A stretch of DNA of 64,000 nt. It comes from Candidatus Parvarchaeum acidiphilum ARMAN-4. GTDB lineage: Archaea > Nanobdellota > Nanobdellia > Parvarchaeales > Parvarchaeaceae. Both the position numbers and the translations under genes were made by a program. The notes beneath the pieces were generated by a model that had not been told where the DNA came from, did not search any database, and was given only the letters and a program-made list of their open reading frames with translations. Location: contig GG730040.1 of assembly GCA_002412065.1 (NCBI GenBank), positions 2,311 through 66,310 of the forward strand, read 5' to 3'. This document shows, in pieces, positions 19,044 through 28,534 of this stretch; the stretch's first letter is position 1, and each line of letters starts with the position of its first letter.

Positions 19044-20795
19044 ATGCTATACTTAATTCTGATACCATTGCTTATTTCTGCCATTTTAATACCCCTACTG
19101 AAGGAAAGGAAGAGGCTAAGTTGGTTAGTTGCTTTGTCTGCAACTTTAGTATCCTTCCTGCTTTCAATTTTCTTCTTTATTTTATATTTTAATAAAAATG
19201 TAATAGAAAGTTATAACTGGTTCTCATTTGGGGGTTTATCTTTCTCCTTGTCATTTATTGGAAACAATCTGACAATTTTCATGGCTTTACTTGTTTCATT
19301 TATATCAATAATGGTTCTTTTGTTTGCAGGCGCTTATATAAAAAAGGAAAAGCAGGCCCGTTTCTATTCTGAGATGTCTTTTTTTATATTTTCTATGCTA
19401 GGTCTAGTTCTATCAAATAGCTTGCTTTTATTTTTTATATTTTGGGAATTTGTAGGCATAACCTCTTATCTTCTTATTGGATTTTGGTATGATCGGGAAG
19501 GGCCGGCTGTATCAAGTAAGAAAGCACTTCTAATAACAAGAGTAGGAGATCTTTCATTCCTCACTGCTATAATAATAATATTTTCTTCGATCAAGACCTT
19601 TTCGATATCAACACTTCTGGTATCGATTTATTCTATGCCCACAACAGTAATAATATTAACCGGATCTCTTTTTACAATTGCAGCGCTTTCAAAAGCCGCT
19701 CAGTTCCCATTTTATACCTGGTTAATAGATGCTAAGGAAGGTCCTACTCCAGTAAGTTCTTTGCTTCATTCTGCTACAATGGTTGCAGCAGGTGCTTACC
19801 TGTTAGTAAGGCTGCTTCCGCTTATTTCTGCAGCCGGCCTTCAGAATCTAATAGTTATTTTAGGATTTGTTACCGCATTTATTGGTGCATTATTAGGTTT
19901 AAGAGAAAGGCATCTGAAAAAGATACTTGCTTATTCAACGATAGAAAGCTTGGCTTTCATGTTTATAGCTATAGGCACTTTGAATGCAGGAGGAGCTATA
20001 TTTTACTTATTTACACATGCAGTTTTCAAGTCAATGCTTTTTGTAATAAGCGGGGCGCTTGCGCTTACATTTGGAACATATGACCTATATGAACTCAGCA
20101 AAAATAAGTTAGGAGGTATCTGGCTTACTATACCTTCTTTTATTGGTTTTGCTTCAATTTCTGCCATCCCTCCCTTTATGAGTTTTTTCGCCCATTCTGC
20201 ACTTACATATAATTTCAATATATTCGAGAATATAGCATTTATTTTTGTAGCGTTTCTCACTGCGCTTTTTTCCTTTAGAGCGTTTTTTGTTATTTTTAGG
20301 ATTAAGGCAACTAAAGGGATAAAAAAAGAATTTAATCTTCTCTTCCCTATAATATTACTTTCGATTATATCTACTATAGGGGGGATCTTCTTGTTCTTTT
20401 TCAAGGATATAATAACTATTGAATACTCATTTGATATTTTCTCATTTATAGCACTTGCTTCAACTTTGTTTGGGGTATTTGTTTCGTATGAGTTCTTTTA
20501 TTTAAAGAAAGGCCAGTCATTTGTATCTAAAATGAATAGTTTAGGGTCAAAGCTTGCAAACTACAGGTATGAAAAATTTATAATCGCCGTAGGGAATGCA
20601 ATTTCAGATTTAGGTTTTTACTTCGGAAAGTTTGATTTTATGTTTTCGAACGCGATGTCCAGAGCTGCAGAATCGACCTTTGTATTATCCTCTAAAACAA
20701 GAGAAATTGAAAATGGAGATTCATTCAGGTATATAACAGCTGTTATTATAGGATTGACTGTTATTATACTAGTTGCGGTGGTTTTTGTATGGTAA
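19044..20795 (+). CDS. nuoL: complex I-like antiporter subunit L
   Basis: WLIDAKEGPTPVSSLLHSATMVAAGAYLLVR is the classic NuoL/MrpA motif. 583 aa. Confidence 0.9.
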   Translation: MLYLILIPLLISAILIPLLKERKRLSWLVALSATLVSFLLSIFFFILYFNKNVIESYNWFSFGGLSFSLSFIGNNLTIFMALLVSFISIMVLLFAGAYIKKEKQARFYSEMSFFIFSMLGLVLSNSLLLFFIFWEFVGITSYLLIGFWYDREGPAVSSKKALLITRVGDLSFLTAIIIIFSSIKTFSISTLLVSIYSMPTTVIILTGSLFTIAALSKAAQFPFYTWLIDAKEGPTPVSSLLHSATMVAAGAYLLVRLLPLISAAGLQNLIVILGFVTAFIGALLGLRERHLKKILAYSTIESLAFMFIAIGTLNAGGAIFYLFTHAVFKSMLFVISGALALTFGTYDLYELSKNKLGGIWLTIPSFIGFASISAIPPFMSFFAHSALTYNFNIFENIAFIFVAFLTALFSFRAFFVIFRIKATKGIKKEFNLLFPIILLSIISTIGGIFLFFFKDIITIEYSFDIFSFIALASTLFGVFVSYEFFYLKKGQSFVSKMNSLGSKLANYRYEKFIIAVGNAISDLGFYFGKFDFMFSNAMSRAAESTFVLSSKTREIENGDSFRYITAVIIGLTVIILVAVVFVW

Positions 20796-22201
20796 ACTTA
20801 ACACTCCTTTTGATTGTTCCAGCATTAGGCATACTCTTAATTATATTAAGAAGATTTTATGAAAAGTTCGTTTCTCCAGAAATAATTGTATTTTCTGTTA
20901 TGGTATTGAATGCCATTTTGTTTGGATTAGGTTTGGTTTTTGGTTTTGGTAATTTTAGTGTAAATATAAACTCAAGTATAAGTTTAGCATTTTCTCTCCA
21001 AGAGAATTTCATAACCATACCATTTCTTTTTCTTGCAACGGTCGTGCCTCTTGCTATACTGTTGTTTGCTGTGAAGGAAATAAAAGAAAGTAAGGATATT
21101 TTCTATATTTTTTATCTTCTTGTTTACCTATCAGTTATATCCGTTTTTATATCCTCTAATCTGTTAATATTCTTTGTTTTTTGGGAGGTCGCAGTTCTAT
21201 CCCTTTTCTTTATTACAGGATTATGGGGAGACAAGAAAAAAGGAAAGAAAGCCGCAATGAAATTTTTAGTGTTTACACAGTTTGGAAGTCTCACTTTACT
21301 TGCAGTCTTTATACTTCTTTTTCTTTACACCGGCAGTTTCAATTTTTCTGTAATTGCATCAAAAATGTCTTTGTTGCCTTCTTATATTGAGTACATCGCA
21401 TTTTTCCTTCTTCTTATAACAGTTATGATAAAGATGCCAATATTTCCGTTGCATGGTTGGCTTTTAGATTCCTACTATTATTCCCCTTCTTCTGGAACAA
21501 TGTTCTTGTCAAGCATGCTTTCAAAATTAGGAGGATTTGCCTTTATTCTATTTGGTTTTGGTCTTTTTAGAAATGTGCTAATTGCCTTTCGTTTGCCGCT
21601 TATTTCTTTAGGAGTTTTTACTGCTGTATACATTGCATTTACAGCTTCTGGTCAAAAGGACCTGAAAAAACTTCTTTCTTATTCAAGTATGTTTTATATG
21701 GCCCTGATTTTTATAGGAGTATCTTCTGGGGTTAATACTGCTATTGCAGGTTCTATTTTATTGATGGTAAGTCATGCTTTCATAATAACGTTGTTGTTTG
21801 GAGTTTCGTATATACTACTAAAGAGGACAGGTACAAATGAGATGGAAAGTATGGGAGGTATTATGTCGAAGATGCCGATACTTTCTTTTTTCTTGGTATT
21901 TGGCATATTTGCAAGTCTAGGCATACCTGGTTTATCTAATTTTCCCGGAGAACTCTTGATATTTATAGGTTCATATAGTGTTGCAGGGATATCTCTTATC
22001 GCTATATTCGGAATAATGCTATCAACTAATTATTATCTAAGGGTTATTAAACAGTCTTTATTTGGGCAATTAAAAAAGACATTTGCAAGTTTGAAGGATA
22101 TATCAAGGGCCGAAGTAATAACTATGGGTTTCTTGTCGTTTTTTATACTTTTAATTGGATTATTCCCTTCATTATTACTAAACACCCTTGGAGGATTATA
22201 A
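20789..22201 (+). CDS. nuoM: complex I-like antiporter subunit M
   Basis: 470-aa polytopic protein with the NuoM/ND4 pattern (HGWLLDSYYYSPSSGTMFLSS). Confidence 0.8.
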   Translation: MVNLTLLLIVPALGILLIILRRFYEKFVSPEIIVFSVMVLNAILFGLGLVFGFGNFSVNINSSISLAFSLQENFITIPFLFLATVVPLAILLFAVKEIKESKDIFYIFYLLVYLSVISVFISSNLLIFFVFWEVAVLSLFFITGLWGDKKKGKKAAMKFLVFTQFGSLTLLAVFILLFLYTGSFNFSVIASKMSLLPSYIEYIAFFLLLITVMIKMPIFPLHGWLLDSYYYSPSSGTMFLSSMLSKLGGFAFILFGFGLFRNVLIAFRLPLISLGVFTAVYIAFTASGQKDLKKLLSYSSMFYMALIFIGVSSGVNTAIAGSILLMVSHAFIITLLFGVSYILLKRTGTNEMESMGGIMSKMPILSFFLVFGIFASLGIPGLSNFPGELLIFIGSYSVAGISLIAIFGIMLSTNYYLRVIKQSLFGQLKKTFASLKDISRAEVITMGFLSFFILLIGLFPSLLLNTLGGL

Positions 22202-23555
22202 AATGGAATACCTAAATCCACAATACGTTTTATTTGCTGGGATACTAGCTATTATACTTCTTGATTTTTTAAGGCATAGTGCAAAAAGTGATAAGAAGGC
22301 CTTTTTGCATTATCTAACTGCCGCTGTTTTTGGCCTTGCATTTATTTTTGATATTTTGTACGGCAATATGGATATAAGCTTGTTTTCGGAAGTTTCTTAT
22401 TCTCAGTTTGTGGTCGGCTTTATGTTATTTATCTCATTTTTTGTATATCTATTTATAATATCAGATAAGAATGATCATAGTATTGCATTAGATATATCCT
22501 ACCTATCTGCTGTTCTTGGTTCAACGCTTGTGGTAATATCAAGCAATTTAATCTCCTTATTTTTATCAATCGAGTTACTATCAATAGCGTCATATGCATT
22601 GGTTTACATGTATAAATCAGGGAATGCACTAGAAGGCGCTGTAAAATATCTTTCAACTGGCATAATCTCAATGGTTATTTTGATCTTTGGAATATCGCTT
22701 ATATATGCTGGGGCAGGTACACTGTCTTTCTCTTCCCTGCACGTAATTTCGTATCTCCCATTTATTGCTGGTGTTGCAATAGTTATAGCAGGGCTTGGAT
22801 TTAAATCAACATTGGTTCCTTTTCACATGTGGGCTCCTGATACTTATGAGGCCTCAAAAAGCTCTGTTACAGCATTTATATCTTCTGTATCCAAAGCAGC
22901 AGGCTTAATTGCAATGATAAGAATATTTTTCTTTGCATTGCCAGTTTCTTCAGCATTTGTAACGGTTCTTTTCCTTTCAATAGCTCTTATAACAATCTTT
23001 TTGAGCGCATTTCTTGCGTCTGTGCAAGACAGGATAAAGAGAATACTTGCGTATTCAAGCATTTCACAGGCAGGTTTTGCATTCATAAGCATAGCAGTTC
23101 TTACAACAAGAGGGATAAATGCTGCAATATTTTATATATTTGCATTTGCAGTAGCAGATGCAATAGTGTTCCTTGCATATGATATGTTTGAGAACAAAAA
23201 GATTATCTATAAAAAACAAAGCAATTCAATTACGCAAGTTTCAAGGATAAGTGCAATAGCTTTTTTTATAGGAATATTGTCACTTGCAGGGTTTCCACCG
23301 ACAATAGGATTTTTTGGAAAGCTTTTAATCTTTTATGCCTTGTTTAGCAGTGGTTACTTTTTAGTTGTTATACTTACATTTTTCGCTCTTCTGGTTTCTA
23401 CTTTCTATTATTTTAATATACTGTCAGAAATGCATGTTGTTGATAAAATAATTAAAAATAAAAATAAAATAAAAATAAAAACCGAACAAAGGATAAAAGA
23501 AACAATCCTAATTATACTTACATTAGCTCTTTTTGTAGGGGTAATATTTGCATAA
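22188..23555 (+). CDS. nuoN: complex I-like antiporter subunit N, with Lys/Asn-rich low-complexity C-terminal insertion
   Basis: PFHMWAPDTYEASKSSVTAFIS is the NuoN/ND2 motif. An A-rich coding repeat at 23441-23500 encodes IIKNKNKIKIKTEQRIKE. Confidence 0.8.
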   Translation: MEDYKMEYLNPQYVLFAGILAIILLDFLRHSAKSDKKAFLHYLTAAVFGLAFIFDILYGNMDISLFSEVSYSQFVVGFMLFISFFVYLFIISDKNDHSIALDISYLSAVLGSTLVVISSNLISLFLSIELLSIASYALVYMYKSGNALEGAVKYLSTGIISMVILIFGISLIYAGAGTLSFSSLHVISYLPFIAGVAIVIAGLGFKSTLVPFHMWAPDTYEASKSSVTAFISSVSKAAGLIAMIRIFFFALPVSSAFVTVLFLSIALITIFLSAFLASVQDRIKRILAYSSISQAGFAFISIAVLTTRGINAAIFYIFAFAVADAIVFLAYDMFENKKIIYKKQSNSITQVSRISAIAFFIGILSLAGFPPTIGFFGKLLIFYALFSSGYFLVVILTFFALLVSTFYYFNILSEMHVVDKIIKNKNKIKIKTEQRIKETILIILTLALFVGVIFA

Positions 23556-23588
23556 GTAAAGAATTATAATTAATATAAATTCTGCTTA

Positions 23589-24293
23589 ATGATTCATATG
23601 GAAATAGAGGACTTTGATTTTAGATTCAAGAAGGGTTCTAGGGCCGTTTTTGTCGGAGATTATGCAATAGTTGGTGATATTCACCTCGGTTTCGAAGAAG
23701 AAATAAACGATTATGGTTACAATATCTGGGAAAAAACCGATGAAATAACTGGTAAATTAACAGCATTAAACTCAAAAAAACTTATTTTGTTAGGGGATAT
23801 CCGTAAAGAGTACACTCAAATAAAACCAAAAGAGGGCGGTGTTCTAATTAAATTTTTCTCGAATTTATCCAACAATTTTGATGAAGTAATTTTAACAAAA
23901 GGAAATCATGATGGTGGAATAGAGAAGATAACTGGCAGGTTTAACAACATTTTTGTTAAAAACGAGTTTATACACAACAAAATCGGTTTTATGCATGGAC
24001 ATGCATTTCCCTCGATGGAATTTATTAATAGTGTAAATACCCTCTGCATGAGCCACATACACCCTTCATTTACTTTTAAAGATTCAAATGGGGTAACATA
24101 CAAAGAAGACTGCTTTTTAATGCTTAAAATAAAGCTGCCAAAAACTGAATATCCTTCATCTAAGCTAAAAAATGCTTTAGTTCTGCCAAAATTTAATCCT
24201 TACATTGGAAGTTCTACAGAAATAAACAACAGGGGAATACTAAAATACTCCAAAATAGAAACAAGAATGACTTTAGATTTGGCAGTATTTTAA
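23589..24293 (+). CDS. calcineurin-like metallophosphoesterase
   Basis: GDIHLG and GNHD metal-binding motifs in the correct order. Confidence 0.7.
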   Translation: MIHMEIEDFDFRFKKGSRAVFVGDYAIVGDIHLGFEEEINDYGYNIWEKTDEITGKLTALNSKKLILLGDIRKEYTQIKPKEGGVLIKFFSNLSNNFDEVILTKGNHDGGIEKITGRFNNIFVKNEFIHNKIGFMHGHAFPSMEFINSVNTLCMSHIHPSFTFKDSNGVTYKEDCFLMLKIKLPKTEYPSSKLKNALVLPKFNPYIGSSTEINNRGILKYSKIETRMTLDLAVF

Positions 24294-24333
24294 AAAGGAA
24301 TGGTTATAAATTAAAACCCTCCTTATAAATAAT

Positions 24334-25265
24334 ATGAGTCCAGGAGAGTTTTGGGTTTTTGTAATTGGTATACTAGCATTTATTGTGCTTTTTCTCTTGA
24401 GCATTTTTATCCCAAGCTTATTTTATGCGTTTATTCTCATTTTTATAATATTGTTAGCAGTAATCTTCTTTATCACTTTTGTAAAAAAATACAGCCAGTT
24501 TGAAAGAGGCATAATATTTAGACTGGGAAAGTTTAATCGTATAGCTGGTCCTGGCTGGGCGATAGTATTACCTTTTTTCGAAGAGGATACAAAAAAGTAG
24601 ATGTAAGAGTTAAAATGATGGAAATAACTTCATCAGACATATTTACTTCTGATGACCTGAAAATTTCCCTAGAAGGTACTATATATTATCAGATTGTGGA
24701 CCCTGAAAAGGCGACTTTGCAGATCGACAATTATGGGCAAGGGTTGTCAAACTTAGTTCAGTCCGCAATAAGGAATGCAATAGCTTCTTTAACTATGAGG
24801 CAGGTTTTTGGCAGCCTTGACAGGCTAAATGACATACTTGCAGATGCAATAAGACATATGACCTGGAAGTGGGGTATAGATGTACCTTCTGTTCAGGTTA
24901 GATCAGTTTCTCCTTCAAATGAGGTTATACAAGCTATGCAGCAGCCGGAGATTGCGGCTAATTTGTTGCAGGCCCAGCGGTTTAAGGCTGAAGCACAGAA
25001 AATAGTTATGGAAGCTATAGGAGAAGGCAGCAAGTCACTGGATGATAAATCCATAGTGTATCTCTATCTTCAGGCCCTTAAGCAGATAGGTGAATCTAGC
25101 TCTTCAAAGATAGTACTACCAATGCAGTTTATGCAAAACGCAGGAAGCATGCTTGGCGGGATAGCAGGTCTTTCTACAACTGCGCTTGCTTCTTTAGGTG
25201 GACAGGAAAATGTTCAGAATGTTATAGATAAAATAAAAGAGAAGATATCTCAAGTAAATTCTTAA
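24334..25265 (+). pseudogene. SPFH/band-7 (stomatin/prohibitin-like) membrane protein split by a frameshift at an A6 run (24591-24596) into ORFs 24334..24600 and 24615..25265. Possible sequencing artefact
   Basis: N-terminal TM plus GIIFRLGKFNRIAGPGWAIVLPFFEE continues in the other frame as KKVDVRVKMMEITSSDIFTSDDLKISLEGTIYYQIVDPEKA, the SPFH core. The reading is uninterrupted when one A is removed. Confidence 0.8.
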
Positions 25266-25321
25266 TTTAATTGATCTAATATTCTATATATCTCTTGTAA
25301 GTTCTCTATTACAAAATCAGG

Positions 25322-25975
25322 TTAACTTTTAGAGATTTTATGTTTTTCTTCGTTGTATTTGTCAAAAAGCACAGTCTTCATACCTGCCGCCTTTGCATTG
25401 TCTATGTCTATTTCTGGAGTATCACCTACAAATAATACCTCATCTATTTTAAGTTTCAGCATTGCAGCTGTTTTTTTAAAAGCATTAGGGTCATGTTTAC
25501 TTTCCAGTATATTATTTCTTGCAATTACCTTTACATCAAACTTTCCATTGTAGTCAAATTTATCTAGAGTTGTTTTTTTAAGGCCAGGGTAAAGACCTTC
25601 TCCCGTTAATATTCCTATCTTTAAATTCCTCTTTTTAAGTCCATTCAATACCTCGTCTACTCCCTCTGTAAACTCCATCCGGTTAATAAGGTGGCTCTCA
25701 AAAATTTCTGAATATATATCTATTTGTTTTGCGTCTATGTCTAAACCACTTTCTTCTGCAAATATCTCATAGAAAAGTCGTTTGTATCTTTTAAGAGGGT
25801 CTACACGATCAAACTTTTTTTGGACTTTTTTCTTTATACTATCAAAGGTTTTCAAATCCATTGTTTTAAAATCTTCTTGCATCTTATTTAAAATTAATTT
25901 ATTAGCGTTGTCTATTGTTTTTGAAGAATTTATCAAGGTGTTATCAAAATCGAATATTATTCCTTTTATTTTCAT
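25322..25975 (-). CDS. HAD-superfamily hydrolase
   Basis: IKGIIFDFDNTLINS (motif I DxDxT) and VLFVGDTPEIDIDNAKAAGMKTVLF (motif IV). Confidence 0.8.
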   Translation of the reverse strand: MKIKGIIFDFDNTLINSSKTIDNANKLILNKMQEDFKTMDLKTFDSIKKKVQKKFDRVDPLKRYKRLFYEIFAEESGLDIDAKQIDIYSEIFESHLINRMEFTEGVDEVLNGLKKRNLKIGILTGEGLYPGLKKTTLDKFDYNGKFDVKVIARNNILESKHDPNAFKKTAAMLKLKIDEVLFVGDTPEIDIDNAKAAGMKTVLFDKYNEEKHKISKS

Positions 25976-25987
25976 ATTATTAAATAA

Positions 25988-26058
25988 GCCTCCGACGGGT
26001 GCTGGCCCCGCGACCTTCTGCTTACAAGGCAGACGCTCTACCGCTGAGCTACGGAGGC
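25988..26058 (-). tRNA. tRNA-Thr (anticodon TGT) with non-canonical T-loop
   Basis: Minus-strand sequence GCCUCCG-U-A-GCUC-AGCGGUA-GAGC-G-UCUGC-CUUGUAA-GCAGA-AGGUC-GCGGG-GCCAGCA-CCCGU-CGGAGGC. The cloverleaf folds, with UGU at positions 34-36 and discriminator U. The T-loop GCCAGCA deviates from the UUCRANY consensus. Confidence 0.7.
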
Positions 26059-26127
26059 TTAATAAATCTAATTTAATAGTCTATTACATTCAAGTAAACT
26101 TATATATTTTATGTTTGTTGTTAATTT

Positions 26128-26757
26128 ATGTTATACATGGAAGAATACGAAGTAATTGAGCATTTAAAATCTAATCCAAAGCTCGCTGAAAATAAATTTT
26201 TGATAGTCGCAATAAATTACAAAGAACCGACTTATATAAAATTTCTAAGCGATTCTGATTTTAAAGTCGGAGATAAGGTAATGGTTGATAACAGTGATGT
26301 TTTTTTAAATCAGAAAAAAATAAGCCAGATATCTGAAGTAAAAAAGGCAAATGACATAAAGATTGATACTAGGTACGACATAAAATATACAGGAGGTTAT
26401 TCAATGGACGGTAAGAAAGTTTACTTGGACGAACATTTCCCTAAAAATATAAATGTTGACGGTAAAACCATTGATACTATAGAAAGTATTGACAGACATC
26501 ATGAAGTTACTGAAAAATGGCTTATAGACGATGCGTATGAGTATGCATATGCGCATGAGATTGCTACTAAAATTGAAAGAGAGTACGTTGAATCCTTAGG
26601 CATAAATTGGGATGATTATTGCAAGGAAGTAAATAAAAATCTGCATGAGGTTTATGCTTCAAAGGCCGAAAAGACTCCCTCCGATTTGGATTTAGCGCCA
26701 TATTTTTACTCAAAAGATGAAAAAGCGTTAAAGGAAATAAGAGAAACCAAAAATTAG
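26128..26757 (+). CDS. hypothetical protein (209 aa)
   Basis: Clean ORF with no recognised motif. Confidence 0.45.
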   Translation: MLYMEEYEVIEHLKSNPKLAENKFLIVAINYKEPTYIKFLSDSDFKVGDKVMVDNSDVFLNQKKISQISEVKKANDIKIDTRYDIKYTGGYSMDGKKVYLDEHFPKNINVDGKTIDTIESIDRHHEVTEKWLIDDAYEYAYAHEIATKIEREYVESLGINWDDYCKEVNKNLHEVYASKAEKTPSDLDLAPYFYSKDEKALKEIRETKN

Positions 26758-26811
26758 TGTGTTTTTATTTTTTGTATTAAAGCATTAATACAATTTAGAG
26801 TTATTTTTAGT

Positions 26812-27561
26812 ATGGATGTAAAATTTATAGATGCACATGCACACATAAGCGATAATTCATTGTTAAGTACTAGAGAGGAGTTTCTAGAAAAGATTTCAGA
26901 TTCTTATATTATACTAAACTCTGGCGAAAATAAGGAAGATAGCAAAAGAATATTAAATGATAGCAAAAATTACAAATTCTTACTGCCTTGTATAGGGTTA
27001 CACCCAAATAAAATAGCATATATGAGTTATGACAAGGCTCAAGAGGAGTTTAATTATATATTAGAAAACATAGACCAGTTTTTTGCAGTTTCTGAAATCG
27101 GTTTGGATTATAAAGGGAAAGATATATACCAAAACGAGCAGGAAAAAGAATTCCTTTACAAGATACTAGAATTATCTGAGGAGAAAAATAAGGTTTGTAT
27201 AATTCATAGTAGAAAGGCAATAGATGATATTTTTGACGCTGTTTCTAGCTTTAAATTAAAGGTAATATTACATAACTTTGAAGGTAACCTAAGACACCTA
27301 AATAAGGCGGATGAATTAGGAATAAACATCAGCATATCCACTGGTTTTATGAAGTTCAAAAAAGACAATATAATTAAAAATGTAAACTTGAGTAGGTTGT
27401 CTACCGAAACTGATTCTCCTGAGTTAAGTCCCGATAATAAGCTAAATACTCCTTTGAATATACAAAAACTATTAAATTATATATCTAGTATAAAAAAGAT
27501 GGGAGTAGAGGATATAAAATCAGCCGTATATAAAAATTTTATGGAGCTATTCTATGATTGA
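26812..27561 (+). CDS. tatD: TatD-family metal-dependent hydrolase
   Basis: FIDAHAHISD, GLHP and EIGLDY motifs of the TatD/amidohydrolase fold. Confidence 0.8.
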   Translation: MDVKFIDAHAHISDNSLLSTREEFLEKISDSYIILNSGENKEDSKRILNDSKNYKFLLPCIGLHPNKIAYMSYDKAQEEFNYILENIDQFFAVSEIGLDYKGKDIYQNEQEKEFLYKILELSEEKNKVCIIHSRKAIDDIFDAVSSFKLKVILHNFEGNLRHLNKADELGINISISTGFMKFKKDNIIKNVNLSRLSTETDSPELSPDNKLNTPLNIQKLLNYISSIKKMGVEDIKSAVYKNFMELFYD

Positions 27562-28467
27562 ATATGTTTTTTTGGGCACAAGCTCAGCTTTCCCAACGGT
27601 AAAAAGAAATCATCCAGGAGTTTATTTAATGATAAACGGGGACAGAATACTTTTAGATTGTGGCGAAGGAATTCAAAGACAAGTAAGAAAAGCAGGGCTG
27701 AGCCCATCTATAGATTATATTTTTATAACTCATTGGCATGGAGATCATTCTCTTGGGTTGGGGGGTATAATCCAAAGCTTAAACATGATGAAAGCAGTAA
27801 AACACTAAAAATATTTGGCCCTCTCAACACAGCTAATAGTGTAAAAAATATTATGCTTGCTTATAAATTTTATAATACTTTAGATTTAAAAGTAATTTCA
27901 TTGAATGCTCCTAAAGAAAAGATAATATTAACGAATAATAATTATGAAGTCTCTGCAATCAATGTAAAGCATTCTGTTAAATGTATTGCTTATAAAATAA
28001 AAGAAAAAGATGTAAGGAATATCTATATAGATAAAATTGCTAAAAAAGGGATAAAACCTGGAAAATTCCTAAGCAAGCTTAAAGAAGGAAAGGATATTGT
28101 GTATAATGGCATTAAATTAAAGTATAAAGAACTTACCTACGTTAAGAGAGGAAAGTCTATTGCTTATGTTACTGATTTAAGGTATAGTCGGGAGATTATT
28201 CCTTTTATAAAAGGAGTGGATACATTGATATTAGAAAGCACGTTTGGTGAGGAATTCAATAAATCTTACGAATTTTTTCATCTTAATATCAAAGAAGCAA
28301 TGTTGCTAGCTAAAAGTTCTGGGGCTAAAGAAGTCCAGTTTGTACATACAAGTCAAAGATATGAAAATGATAATTCAATGGTTAAAAGTGCCGCAGCAAT
28401 TTATTCTAAACTAAAATGCAATTTTAAGTACTCTTTTCCAGATGATTTCGATAAATTTGTAGTATAA
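27554..28467 (+). pseudogene. rnz: ribonuclease Z (tRNA 3' processing metallo-beta-lactamase) split by a frameshift near 27780-27800 into ORFs 27554..27808 and 27658..28467. Possible sequencing artefact
   Basis: LDCGEGIQRQVRKAGLSPSIDYIFITHWHGDHSLGLGGIIQSLNMM carries the HxHxDH motif. The other frame continues SSKTLKIFGPLNTANSVKNI... with the later beta-lactamase motifs. Confidence 0.8.
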
Positions 28468-28534
28468 TCACTGTAGACATTGCTGTTTCCATAATGGAAA
28501 CTTATTTAAATTTAATCCTCTTTATAAAAAAGGT

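Noticed and set aside
23441-23500. A-rich tandem-like repeat (aaaataa/aaaaata units), CRISPR or satellite-like
   Set aside because: It lies inside nuoN and encodes a Lys/Asn-rich tail. There are no spacer-repeat units.
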